Shown: one piece after another, positions 1 through 9,168 of the stretch
Position numbering within the stretch: the stretch's first letter is position 1
How the letters are laid out: each line of letters starts with the position of its first letter
Assembly: GCA_964503795.1 (NCBI GenBank)
Contig: CAZDBT010000001.1
Location: 4,518-68,517, forward strand
Origin: an uncultured Candidatus Saccharibacteria bacterium
Lineage (GTDB): Bacteria; Patescibacteriota; Minisyncoccia; UBA6257; WO2-44-18
Reading direction: 5' to 3'
Length of the DNA stretch: 64,000 nucleotides
Notes under the pieces: model-generated
What the model was told of the DNA's origin: nothing
Database searches by the model: none
Seen by the model: only the letters and a program-made list of their open reading frames with translations
Made by a program: the position numbers and the translations under genes

Positions 1-383
1 CGACCGGCCCAACAATCGCGTCTCCAACCAAGTAATAAATCTGGTAGTTAAGATCGGGGCGAATGGCCAGGAGAGCAGGCGGAGAAGTCTGGCTCGCTTG
101 TCTTTCTGAAAAACCGAACTGGCATAATAAAACTGCAAACTCGGCACGGAATCAAATTCGTGGATGCAATTAGTTCTCAAGAACTTCGTCAGCATTAGAA
201 GCCGAGAATTTTGAACGGACCAATTCACATACTCAACATTCTTAGAAATAAAATAATCTCCCCGTAAGGCGTCAACGGAGCTACTGAAAACAACTACCCG
301 ATATTTGCTGGCAAGATATTCAATGTACTTTCCGCGCAAAATGTCCGATATAAATATAGGATTCTTTACGAATAAAAAGACGG
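1..383 (-). CDS. Hypothetical protein, 5' part only (3' end beyond window start). Not in the supplied ORF track because it is at the window edge.
   Basis: Manual reverse-complement translation from ATG at 383-381 gives MKTVFLFVKNPIFISDILRGKYIEYLASKYRVVVFSSS... with no stop before position 1. It sits directly upstream of the polysaccharide locus. No family recognised. Confidence 0.35.
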
Positions 384-389
384 TCTTCA

Positions 390-1547
390 TTAGCGGAAAA
401 GGTCAATAACTTTCTGGTTAAGTTTTTCCAGAATTACCCTCTGCTCCGCGATGGAGGCCGGAAGGGCAGTTTTGAATTTTTTGTCGGCAAGGCAGTCGGT
501 TATCCTTTTGAAGATGGCCTCTTCGGTGTCTACTGCCCGATCAACAAATCGGATAGTGTAATCCGGAACACCAGTATCCTGAACAAAATGTTTGATCTTG
601 TCCTGATCGCCAAGAGGAATGAAGGGGGTGCCGGCGCCGTAAGCAAAGATACAGCCGTGCAGTCTCATAGACATCATCAGATCTAGTTTTCGGTAAATAT
701 TAGTGAAGAAAGGAACGTGGGGGTGCAAAAGTTCTCCCGGCGGGGCGTACAAGAACGGCAACTCCTGGTGGAGACTGTAAATACTGCCGGCCGGGAAGGG
801 CGCGGCAAAATCCGCATAAGCTTCAAAGTCCACGATAGAAAGATGCGGCAGATAAAGTATCTGGGCATTTAATTCTTTGACGCACCTTAACAAGGCCGAT
901 TGCAAAGCTTTACGGAAATGCTTTTCATTTTCTGCTCCCGGCTCGGGATAACGATAATGCGGGCGATCACCGGCCAGGTTGAAAGCGATAAGCGGGCCGG
1001 ATGTGCGTTTCATCGGCAGATCAATATCCCGATCATGCAAAAACATTCCGGTATCCGGAGTAACCTCGATCTTGCTCGGATCCAGTCCGAAATCCTTCAC
1101 CAAGTCGCTCTTAACACCGGCGCCGCGAACGGTAAATATCGCAGCCTGCCTTTGTAGTTGGGCGATGTGCGGAGCAGTATAAGCCGGGAACTCATTGCCG
1201 CCATAGCTGAACTTATTATTTCCCAAACTGTAAACTACTATCGGTTTTTTTATCCTGGCAAGATTTTCCGGAGAAATATTAAATCCCCATCCGGAAACGC
1301 TTTTATCTTCCGGGCGGTGGAAGATCAGGCCGCCCCCACCGATCATCACTAAGTCCGCCTCCTCATTCATCTGATCAACTAATTTGTCGTGGAAAAAAGT
1401 CCGCTGACCATCGACCGGATAGAACTTGAAATATAAACCCGCCGACTCGGCCTGTTTATTCAACAGCCGGTGCAAATGATAGGTCAATGCCCAATCGCCG
1501 ATATTGCGATTCCAGCCGGCAACCTGCCAAACATTAATAATTTTCAT
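390..1547 (-). CDS. Polysaccharide pyruvyl transferase family protein (CsaB/WcaK-like)
   Basis: 385 aa. The N-terminus MKIINVWQVAGWNRNIGDWAL matches the N-GD motif at the start of pyruvyl transferases. It lies in the glycan locus. Assignment is from memory of the family, not a search. Confidence 0.45.
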   Translation of the reverse strand: MKIINVWQVAGWNRNIGDWALTYHLHRLLNKQAESAGLYFKFYPVDGQRTFFHDKLVDQMNEEADLVMIGGGGLIFHRPEDKSVSGWGFNISPENLARIKKPIVVYSLGNNKFSYGGNEFPAYTAPHIAQLQRQAAIFTVRGAGVKSDLVKDFGLDPSKIEVTPDTGMFLHDRDIDLPMKRTSGPLIAFNLAGDRPHYRYPEPGAENEKHFRKALQSALLRCVKELNAQILYLPHLSIVDFEAYADFAAPFPAGSIYSLHQELPFLYAPPGELLHPHVPFFTNIYRKLDLMMSMRLHGCIFAYGAGTPFIPLGDQDKIKHFVQDTGVPDYTIRFVDRAVDTEEAIFKRITDCLADKKFKTALPASIAEQRVILEKLNQKVIDLFR

Positions 1548-1558
1548 TTGATTAATAA

Positions 1559-2248
1559 CTAATTTTTTTCGGAAAGTCTCGCCAACTTTTCGGCATAAAT
1601 GAAATCTTCCTCGGTATCAATATCTACCGCCTCAAATTTATTGACCGGATAACCCATCGGCTGACCATACTGAAAAGTTTTATTTTTCAAAAGAGCCTCC
1701 ACCGGCGCGCACTGCGCCGTACCCACTAGATAAAATAGCGAAGGGGCATCCTGGGTCTGGAAATTATAAACCGTATCAGCCGCCACATTATTTAGCAGGC
1801 CGTTTTCGGATAAAGTCCTCAAATGATTCACGGTGCACCCCAGATCCGCCACCGTCAGAACGTTCTTCTTATTTTTTTGAGAAAGCTTTATAACCGCATC
1901 GATCGTGGCCTCGCCTCGTACCGGAGAAGTGGGAAGCAACTTTAAACAATAGTCATATTTTTCCGCTCCGCCGATCTTTTCCAAAAGATCTAACACCGGA
2001 ACCGATGAATGAACCTCCGTGCCGGATTGATCCTGGGGGCGCAGGAATGGCACCTTGGCGCCTTCCTGCTCGGCGTATTTCTTGATCTCGGGATCGTCGG
2101 TGCTGACATAAACTTCATCAACAAGGGCGCTCTTTAGAGCGGCCTGAATGGTATAGGAGAGCAAAGGCTTCCCGTTGAATAACCTCATATTTTTCCCAGG
2201 CACCCGATTGGAGACACTTTTGGCCGGGATGATCGCAACGGTTTTCAT
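1559..2248 (-). CDS. CMP-nonulosonate (acylneuraminate) cytidylyltransferase, NeuA/PseF/LegF-like
   Basis: 229 aa. MKTVAIIPAKSVSNRVPGKNMRLFNGKPLL matches the IIPAR-S-R-KN motif of CMP-NeuAc/CMP-KDO synthetase-type cytidylyltransferases. A NeuB-like gene lies 4 kb away in the same operon direction. Confidence 0.7.
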   Translation of the reverse strand: MKTVAIIPAKSVSNRVPGKNMRLFNGKPLLSYTIQAALKSALVDEVYVSTDDPEIKKYAEQEGAKVPFLRPQDQSGTEVHSSVPVLDLLEKIGGAEKYDYCLKLLPTSPVRGEATIDAVIKLSQKNKKNVLTVADLGCTVNHLRTLSENGLLNNVAADTVYNFQTQDAPSLFYLVGTAQCAPVEALLKNKTFQYGQPMGYPVNKFEAVDIDTEEDFIYAEKLARLSEKN

Positions 2249-2295
2249 ATTAAATAAGCGCGAACACTATAGGCATATAATAAAAAATCACGCCC

Positions 2296-3309
2296 TTATT
2301 GTAAAGACGTGATCTGATTTTTCAGCAAGGAACTTTTGATCGCCAGGATCGTCTGCAGTACCTTCTTCCCTTCCGACAAAGGACCAGCAAGCGCGCTATT
2401 CATACCCTGGATCATCAAGCGAAATTCCCGAAGCTCGTTCAAAAAAGTCTCGTTGCGTTCAAACCCCTCGGGCTCCAAATTGATCATCGGCTTCTTGGAG
2501 CTGTCCAGCGGAATGAACTCCAGTTTTTGCCCGAAGTAATCCCAGCAGATCCGCCCCTTGGTGGTGACGATCTCCAGGCTCCGCTTCGGCGGACTCTTGA
2601 GGTAATCAAGATCCAGCGAACCGACGAGGCCTGACTTGAACTTCATCAGAACCTTCGCCACATCTTCCACCTGGATCTGCAGGCCGCCCAGCGATCCACC
2701 GATCGCCATCACGTTTGCGGGCTGGCCGAAAAGCCAATGCAGGTAATCCACTTCGTGACTCTGCGTAAGCACCACTCCGCCTCCCAGATCTTTCCTGGAG
2801 GCGTAGCTGTCGCGGTAGTCTTCCCAGGGATGCCAGCCGGTAACTCTTTCCGCCATCTCGGCATGAAAAGAGATCGCCTCCCCGAACCTCTCACTGCACT
2901 TGGAGAGCCTCTCCCTGATTATCCATATGAATGGATGGAATCGGAGATTGTAAGCCACGTAAGCGATCCGTCCCTGTCGGGTAACTTCCTGCTCCAATTC
3001 ATCCACGCCTTCCATACTGTCGGAAAGCGGCTTTTCGATGAAGAGGTGGCAGCCGGCCCGAGCGGCCTCCAAAGCCACAGGAATATGCAACGAGGTCGGA
3101 TTGGCGACTAGCGCGACATCGGGCTTCTCGGCCAAAGCCTCCTTGAGATCGGTAAAGATCTTGGGCTGATGTTCGGCGATGAACTTCTCAACAAATTCCG
3201 AAGATCCCTTACCCGTCCGAAAGACGATCAGGTCTTTTTCACCCAGCGTGAGCAGGTTGCGATAGTGTCTCTGCCCGATGGAACCCAATCCGCAGATCAG
3301 AAACTTCAT
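2296..3309 (-). CDS. Gfo/Idh/MocA family NAD(P)-dependent oxidoreductase
   Basis: 337 aa. N-terminus MKFLICGLGSIGQRHYRNL is a Rossmann GxGxxG motif with the Gfo/Idh/MocA signature. GGAGGA SD lies 6 nt upstream of the ATG. Confidence 0.7.
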   Translation of the reverse strand: MKFLICGLGSIGQRHYRNLLTLGEKDLIVFRTGKGSSEFVEKFIAEHQPKIFTDLKEALAEKPDVALVANPTSLHIPVALEAARAGCHLFIEKPLSDSMEGVDELEQEVTRQGRIAYVAYNLRFHPFIWIIRERLSKCSERFGEAISFHAEMAERVTGWHPWEDYRDSYASRKDLGGGVVLTQSHEVDYLHWLFGQPANVMAIGGSLGGLQIQVEDVAKVLMKFKSGLVGSLDLDYLKSPPKRSLEIVTTKGRICWDYFGQKLEFIPLDSSKKPMINLEPEGFERNETFLNELREFRLMIQGMNSALAGPLSEGKKVLQTILAIKSSLLKNQITSLQ

Positions 3310-3347
3310 CTTTTGTCCTCCGAATTTGACTATCAGGAACTGCCAGT

Positions 3348-3376
3348 ACTTTAGAATAATTTTTGAAGATTGTCAA
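3348..3376 (-). promoter_or_regulatory. Sigma70-like promoter for the minus-strand sugar-modification operon
   Basis: Minus-strand reading gives TTGACA, a 17-nt spacer, then TAAAGT, about 35 nt upstream of the ATG at 3309. It overlaps a TTGACtttttGtCAA inverted repeat. Confidence 0.35.
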
Positions 3377-3380
3377 AAAG

Positions 3381-3417
3381 TCAAAAAAATAAAAACACCC
3401 CGTAGAACGGGGCGTTA
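3381..3417 (-). terminator. Rho-independent terminator after the cupin gene
   Basis: Minus-strand CGCCCCG-ttcta-CGGGGTG stem followed by TTTTTATTTTTTT. Confidence 0.55.
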
Positions 3418-3422
3418 AGAAG

Positions 3423-4169
3423 CTAGTCAGTCGGCCGAATCTTGGCTTCGGCGAACGGCTTGGCGATGATGCCAAGCATGATGTGATCGTTGAGGTAATA
3501 GTCCCAGTAAAGGTGGGTGCGAAGCTCGTTGCCATCGTTGGCCACTCCGTGCAAACAGGACTGGTTGAAGGTGTAAACCCAGCCAGCCTCCATCGTATAC
3601 GGCTTCTCGTCCATTAGGAACTTAACTCCGGGGTTGGTGAAGATCGGGAGATGGAACCGCAGCTTCCAGTTGTGTTCCCGTCCCGGGATAGCGATGATCT
3701 TCTCACGGTGCTTGCCAAGCGTACCACCGCCGGTGATGGACTGCATCCGAACGTTCTGCAGTTCGGAATCTCCGAAATAACGCCGGAAGAACTCCGGGAT
3801 GTGGACCAGTCGGCTGTTAAACTTCCGCTCCACCGCGCTCCAGTGGTGATCATCCTTGAAATACAACACGTCGTCCTTGGAGTTGTAGAGACTATGTTGC
3901 ATCAGACTGTTCGGCTTCGGCTTCCAGGAAGGGTCCTCGCGAGAAACGAATTTGTAGGTCGGGTGATCGCCGTCAACCATCTGGCCGGGATCGCTGGACA
4001 GAATACCCCGCACCTCGGCCTGGATCTTGGCGAACAGCTCCGGATCACACCGGAACAAGCGAAGGATAGAAATTTCTCCATGAATCAGCTTCGGAATCAT
4101 AGCATTGGCTTCCGGCGAATTCCGGCACAAGTCATCACTAAGTGGGGTAAATGGCTGTTCGGGCGTCAT
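3423..4169 (-). CDS. Cupin-fold protein, aspartyl/asparaginyl beta-hydroxylase-like family
   Basis: Start chosen at MTPEQPF (ATG 4169, AAAGGAGA SD). The C-terminal half has His/Asp spacing (HLPIFTNPG..., CLHGVANDGN...THLYWDYY) reminiscent of PF05118. Assignment is tentative. Confidence 0.4.
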   Translation of the reverse strand: MTPEQPFTPLSDDLCRNSPEANAMIPKLIHGEISILRLFRCDPELFAKIQAEVRGILSSDPGQMVDGDHPTYKFVSREDPSWKPKPNSLMQHSLYNSKDDVLYFKDDHHWSAVERKFNSRLVHIPEFFRRYFGDSELQNVRMQSITGGGTLGKHREKIIAIPGREHNWKLRFHLPIFTNPGVKFLMDEKPYTMEAGWVYTFNQSCLHGVANDGNELRTHLYWDYYLNDHIMLGIIAKPFAEAKIRPTD

Positions 4170-4265
4170 TTGAGTCTCCTTTGAAAGTCCTGCCCGTAAA
4201 TTAACGAAAAATAACCCAAAAGTCAACATAGAAAAAACCCGAGCGCGAGCTCGGGATTAATTTGT

Positions 4266-5108
4266 TTACATCGACCGGTAAATGTCCCGGATGAATTGAA
4301 TGTTCCTTTTGGCGTTGGCGACGACCAGATCCTGCTCGCCGCGGGCTGCCTGAAGGATCAAGGGGTTCCGGTAATTGATCGCCTTCAGCGCGGCGAACAC
4401 CGCAGGGAAATTGGCAGCTCCGGTTCCCAGCGGAACCGAGGAACCTCCCAATTTCCTATCCTTGACGTGGACGCCAACGATCAGATCTTTCAGCAGCAAG
4501 ATCTCTTTAGGCACATCAAATCCCATAGAGGCGGCATTGCCGACATCATAGTACACCTTCACCCGAGGATGCCGGAAATTTTCTATCAACTCCTTCAACT
4601 CTACCGCCGGCAGAGACGACTCAAAGGCAATGTCTACTCCGGCCGCATTAGCCTGAACCAAAAAAGGCGTCAAGTTGTTGATCAGTTGCGTCTTTTCATT
4701 ATCGCCGACGACCTCCGATCTTTCCAAGATCGGGATCAGGATCGTCTTGATCCCGATCCGCCGGCAGTTCTTAATAAGCAACGCCAGCACCACCTGCGCC
4801 AGCGCCAGCTTATCTCCAACGGAACGATGCAGGGTGTAATCCATGAAAAAATCTACGCACACCGAACGGATGGCGACCGAATTTTTTTCCGCCAACAGTT
4901 TCATTTCTTCCAACTCTAGGCCGCCGAGGATCGGATTGTCGGGGTAGTCTTCCGTGTGGAAGATCGGCTCGATCAACTGCAGTCCGATCTGGTGAGCCAG
5001 CGAAAATTCCGCGCGCCAGTTGTTCTTAGGGAAAAATTGCAGTCGGCCATCCGGAGAAGGCGTGAGTCTGCCCTGGATAATGCCGATGGGCGGATGATCA
5101 TTTACCAT
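4266..5108 (-). CDS. Sugar phosphate isomerase/epimerase (xylose isomerase-like TIM barrel)
   Basis: Start at MVNDHPPIGIIQGRL (ATG 5108, GGAGGGAGGA SD). The IGIIQGRL-type N-terminus and overall layout fit the AP-endonuclease-2/xylose-isomerase-like TIM barrel family. Confidence 0.55.
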   Translation of the reverse strand: MVNDHPPIGIIQGRLTPSPDGRLQFFPKNNWRAEFSLAHQIGLQLIEPIFHTEDYPDNPILGGLELEEMKLLAEKNSVAIRSVCVDFFMDYTLHRSVGDKLALAQVVLALLIKNCRRIGIKTILIPILERSEVVGDNEKTQLINNLTPFLVQANAAGVDIAFESSLPAVELKELIENFRHPRVKVYYDVGNAASMGFDVPKEILLLKDLIVGVHVKDRKLGGSSVPLGTGAANFPAVFAALKAINYRNPLILQAARGEQDLVVANAKRNIQFIRDIYRSM

Positions 5109-5863
5109 GCTGTCCTCCCTCCGTCCACGTGCAAGCACGCGCCGGTTACGAACGCCGAAGCGTCCGAAGCCAGGAATAACATCGGTCCGTTAAATTCGCC
5201 TGGCTGCGCCATCCGGCCCAGCATGTTCAGAGCGCCGTTCTTCTTGGCAAACTCTTCGGAATGATTGTTGTTCATCCCGCCGGGCGCCAAAGCGTTGACG
5301 CGAACGTTGTATTCGCCCAAGCGGGCCGCCCAAAATCTCATCATCCCGAGTACTCCGGCCTTGGCTGTTCCGTAGGCAATGTCCTTGAACTGGCCCGGCT
5401 GGTATAGAGAATTGTTCGGACCGATCACTCCCAAGTCGGAAGAAATGAAGATGATGGAACCGAACTTCTGATTCATCATCACCGGCGCCACCGCCTGGGT
5501 GACGAACATCTGGCCGCTCAAGTTCACATCGATCTCTCTGCGCCAGAGCTCGGCCGAAAAATCTTCATAAGCCTCCCACTGACGATGGACGCCCTCTTTG
5601 GCCACTGCCGGATTCAGAGCCGCATTGTTGATCAACGCATCAATCCGGTCGTAGGAATCAGTCACCTCTTCAACGGCTTTTCTGATTGCTGCGGGATTGG
5701 TTATATCCGTTATTACAGTATTGCTACCGTGGAGAGAAATAGCGTCCAAAACAACCGGTTTGCCGCCAGCCTGTTTGACTGCGGCAACATACTGTCGGCC
5801 CAAAAATCCATTCCCACCTGTGATCAGGACCACCTTGCCCTTCAACGAAAACAAGTCGCTCAT
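5102..5863 (-). CDS. Short-chain dehydrogenase/reductase (SDR) family oxidoreductase
   Basis: Start at MSDLFSLKGKVVLITGGNGFLGRQY (ATG 5863, AAAGGAGG SD). TGxxxGxG is the SDR cofactor motif. Confidence 0.7.
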   Translation of the reverse strand: MSDLFSLKGKVVLITGGNGFLGRQYVAAVKQAGGKPVVLDAISLHGSNTVITDITNPAAIRKAVEEVTDSYDRIDALINNAALNPAVAKEGVHRQWEAYEDFSAELWRREIDVNLSGQMFVTQAVAPVMMNQKFGSIIFISSDLGVIGPNNSLYQPGQFKDIAYGTAKAGVLGMMRFWAARLGEYNVRVNALAPGGMNNNHSEEFAKKNGALNMLGRMAQPGEFNGPMLFLASDASAFVTGACLHVDGGRTAW

Positions 5864-5964
5864 AAAGCCTCCTTTAAAAGTCCTGCCCATAAATTACCTG
5901 GAAAATACGTAAATGTCAATAAAAAATCGCCCCGCAATGAGGGGCGATCTAGTTTCATTCTTGG

Positions 5965-6924
5965 TTAACCTTTTCGCCGCAACTTCTTCATGATCGGAAT
6001 TTCGCTCTCCAGCACCCGCTTCACTCCATCGCCGCGCGCCGCTTCGAACTCTCGAATCCTGCCGACCAACTCGGCAAAATCTTTCGGCTCCAGACTGGCG
6101 GCCTGATCGCTGCCCCACATCTTGCGATCCAGGGTGATATGCCGCTCGATCACGCAAGCGCCCATTGCCACCGCGCAGAGAGTGGTATAGAGACCGGTCT
6201 CATGACCGCTATAACCGACGGGGATCCCAGAGTGATGCAGGCTTAGGTGGCGAATGACCTCCAGATTCAACTCCTCAAGTTTGGCCGGATAGGTTGAAAC
6301 GCAATGGAGCAGTACCAACGCCGGCTCTTTCCAAGCCGGCGCCAACACTTTGATGGCCTCCTTGATCTGTGAGTCAGTGCTCATTCCCGTGGAAAGGATC
6401 GCGGGCTTGCCCTTCGAGTAGATATGCCGGAGCAAACCATCATCGGTCAGAGAAGCGGAAGCCACCTTATAGCAGACGGGGTCGAACTCGTCGAAAAAAT
6501 CGACGCTCGCCTCATCCCAACAGGAAGCGAACCACATCATCCCGATCTCCTTGCAGTAGCGATCGATCTCTCGGTACTCATCGCGCGTCAACTCCAAGGC
6601 CCATTTCAGATCACCGTTGGTGGTGTTCCGGTAGCCGGATTTCTCCAAACGCTCGATGGCTTCTGCCGACAAAATACCACGTCGGATAGCATCGTACATC
6701 ATTTCCGCCGGGACTTCTCTGGCTTTTGCCAGCTCTTCCGGAGAATAAACCACCGGAACGGTCCGCTTCTGGAATTTCACCGCCTGGCAACCGGCTGCCC
6801 TTGCGGCATCGATCAGTTGCTTGACCAGCTCCATCCTGCCGTTGTGATTGATGCCGATCTCTGCGATGACAAAGGTCGGACGGTCGCTGCCGAGCTTCAC
6901 CCCACCGATGACGATTTCTCTCAC
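5965..6924 (-). CDS. Nonulosonic acid synthase, NeuB/PseI/LegI family (N-acetylneuraminate synthase-like)
   Basis: 319 aa. FVIAEIGINHNGRMELVKQLIDAARAAGCQAVKFQKR is the hallmark NeuB motif. The start codon appears to be GTG (cac at 6922-6924) with a GAGGAT SD. Confidence 0.75.
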   Translation of the reverse strand: MREIVIGGVKLGSDRPTFVIAEIGINHNGRMELVKQLIDAARAAGCQAVKFQKRTVPVVYSPEELAKAREVPAEMMYDAIRRGILSAEAIERLEKSGYRNTTNGDLKWALELTRDEYREIDRYCKEIGMMWFASCWDEASVDFFDEFDPVCYKVASASLTDDGLLRHIYSKGKPAILSTGMSTDSQIKEAIKVLAPAWKEPALVLLHCVSTYPAKLEELNLEVIRHLSLHHSGIPVGYSGHETGLYTTLCAVAMGACVIERHITLDRKMWGSDQAASLEPKDFAELVGRIREFEAARGDGVKRVLESEIPIMKKLRRKG

Positions 6925-6997
6925 TGTTGATCCTCGCGAATGAAGGTTCTGGTATCAGCTTAGGTACCAGTGGCCGGTTATGTCAAGCTAGAGAAAA

Positions 6998-8185
6998 TTA
7001 AAACCGTTTGAGAAATTCTTCGAAAACTTCCAGTAAATAATCCATATGCTTATTGGTCAGACCGTGATGACAACCCACAACAAAGGAGCTCTTCATTATA
7101 AAGTCGGCCTTGGGATAACCGCTCTTCAATTCAACCCGCTTAACATTGCGGAAACCCGGCTGTTTCAAAATATTTCCGGTAAAGATCGGCCTGGTTTGCA
7201 CATCTTTGTTCTCCAAATAAGTAACGATCTCCGTTCTGGAAAAGGGGGCGTTCGGTTTTATCATCAACGGAAAGGCAAGCCAATTCGTTTCAACATTCTT
7301 CCCCTGCTCCGGAAGGACGAAGAAGCGCTCATAGCGCTGGAAGTAGCTTTTTAAAGTTTTGAAATTCTTTTTCCGGATGGCCGAGAATTTTTTCAATTTT
7401 TTCAATTGCGCCAGTCCGAAAGCAGCGGAAATATCAGTGGTGCGCATATTGTATCCAACTTCATCGAAGATAAATTTGGAATCGTACGGCAGACCGCCAA
7501 GCTTGAACTTTAATCGCTGACGTATGTCTTCGGATTCGTTCAAAGCCGATCGCCTGCCCCAGCCGCTCAAAATACGCGCTCGCTTGTATCGCTCGGGATC
7601 ATTGAAGCAAACCATCCCCCCCTCGCCGGCCGCCGTAACAATGTGGGAAGCGTAAAAGCTGGTAGTGGAGATATCGGAATAAGTACCGGTAGGCTTGCCG
7701 TTGAGGGTCGCCCCCAAGGTATCGCAGGAATCTTCTATGAGAAAAAGTTTATGTTTTTTGGCCAATGCTCTAAGGCGCGGCAGATCCGGAATATTTCCAA
7801 ACAAAGAGGGGGCCATAATGGCTCTGGTTCGGCTGGTGATGGCTTTCTCCACCTGATCGATGTTCAAAATATACTTTCCGAATTCCACATCCACGAATAC
7901 CGGGATCAATCCTTTTTGGATAATAGGAGCGACGGTAGTGGAAAAAGTCAGGATAGGAGTGATCACCTCTGCGCCCCGAGATAAATTCAACGACTCCAAG
8001 GCGAGCAAATTAGCGGAAGATCCCGAATTAACCATCAGGCCGAATTTTTTTCCGAAAATACCGGAGATCTTTTTTTCAAATTCAGCCACATTTTTCCCGG
8101 CCACAATCTGAGGTGTTTTTAAAACCTCATTAACCGCAGCGATCTCTTCTTTTCCAAAAACAGTTAGAGCGTATGGAATTCTCAT
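6998..8185 (-). CDS. DegT/DnrJ/EryC1/StrS-family PLP/PMP-dependent sugar enzyme, RfbH(E1)/ColD-like 3-dehydrase subtype
   Basis: Start chosen at MRIPYALTVFGKEEI (ATG 8185), overlapping the upstream stop as TAATG. SGSSANLLALESL and SFYASHIVTAAGEGG motifs are present. His occupies the position of the usual Schiff-base Lys, as in the PMP-dependent dehydrases E1 and ColD (established knowledge). Confidence 0.6.
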   Translation of the reverse strand: MRIPYALTVFGKEEIAAVNEVLKTPQIVAGKNVAEFEKKISGIFGKKFGLMVNSGSSANLLALESLNLSRGAEVITPILTFSTTVAPIIQKGLIPVFVDVEFGKYILNIDQVEKAITSRTRAIMAPSLFGNIPDLPRLRALAKKHKLFLIEDSCDTLGATLNGKPTGTYSDISTTSFYASHIVTAAGEGGMVCFNDPERYKRARILSGWGRRSALNESEDIRQRLKFKLGGLPYDSKFIFDEVGYNMRTTDISAAFGLAQLKKLKKFSAIRKKNFKTLKSYFQRYERFFVLPEQGKNVETNWLAFPLMIKPNAPFSRTEIVTYLENKDVQTRPIFTGNILKQPGFRNVKRVELKSGYPKADFIMKSSFVVGCHHGLTNKHMDYLLEVFEEFLKRF

Positions 8186-9162
8186 TATTTTTTTGTAGCC
8201 GGAAGGCGGTTTTCCTGATACCAGCGGATGGTTTTCGCTAAAGCGGCTTCTAGGGCGGTCTGGGCTTGCCAACCCAATAGTTTCTTCGCTTTGTCACTAT
8301 TCATATAGAAGCGAGCTACATCCAGGGGCCGATACGGCTCTTTTCCGAAGTTTATCTTGATCGGCTTGCCCATTAACTTATTTATTTTGTTAACAATATC
8401 TTTCACTCGATACTTGGTATTGCTACCAAGATTAATTATTTCACCAATCGCCTTTTTTTCAATGCCGGCAGCCAGAATGCCGCCTATCAGATCTTCTACA
8501 TAAAGGAAGTCGCGCCAGTGTTCGCCGGGATTCATATCGAAATCTTTTTTCGCCAAAGCAGATATGATCAGGTTCGAAACCAGCATTCCCAAGCCCTGCT
8601 TCGGCCCGAATGTAGCGGCGGGACGGATCACGCAGGCCTTCAGACCGACGATCTTATGAAACAACAAAACCAGATTCGTAGCCATGGTTTTACTTAGAGA
8701 ATATGGGGAGATCGGCGACTCTCTCTGTGATTCGGAAAATGGGGACGCCCCGCTCCCGTATTCTTCAATGGTTCCAAAATGAACAAATCTTTCCGGCTGA
8801 ATTTCCGCGGCGGCGGCAAGTAAATTCGCGGTATTTTGAAAATTTTCCTTTACCGCCTCATCAAGAGTCTGAAGCGCGCGTCGATTGTTCATAAAGCTGG
8901 CCAGGTGGAATATCAGCGACGGCCGTTCGGCCAAGATCATTTTCTTCACCGCGGCGGCATCACCCAGATCAGCACTGATGATCTTGATCCTTTTTTGCGT
9001 GCCACGAAGACGCCAGAGATCGGTTCCCGACCGGACCAATACCGCAACCTCAACGCCAAGACGGAAAAGCTCCGCCACCAAAAAGGAACCGATAAAGCCG
9101 GCCCCGCCGGTAACCAAGACCTTTTTGCCGCGATAGGATTTTTTGAGATTAGAGATGGTCAA
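8185..9162 (-). CDS. NAD-dependent sugar epimerase/dehydratase (extended SDR)
   Basis: 325 aa. [20 protein letters not shown] is a Rossmann motif with the extended-SDR layout. It lies next to the RfbH-like gene. Confidence 0.7.
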   Translation of the reverse strand: MTISNLKKSYRGKKVLVTGGAGFIGSFLVAELFRLGVEVAVLVRSGTDLWRLRGTQKRIKIISADLGDAAAVKKMILAERPSLIFHLASFMNNRRALQTLDEAVKENFQNTANLLAAAAEIQPERFVHFGTIEEYGSGASPFSESQRESPISPYSLSKTMATNLVLLFHKIVGLKACVIRPAATFGPKQGLGMLVSNLIISALAKKDFDMNPGEHWRDFLYVEDLIGGILAAGIEKKAIGEIINLGSNTKYRVKDIVNKINKLMGKPIKINFGKEPYRPLDVARFYMNSDKAKKLLGWQAQTALEAALAKTIRWYQENRLPATKK

Positions 9163-9168
9163 AACAAA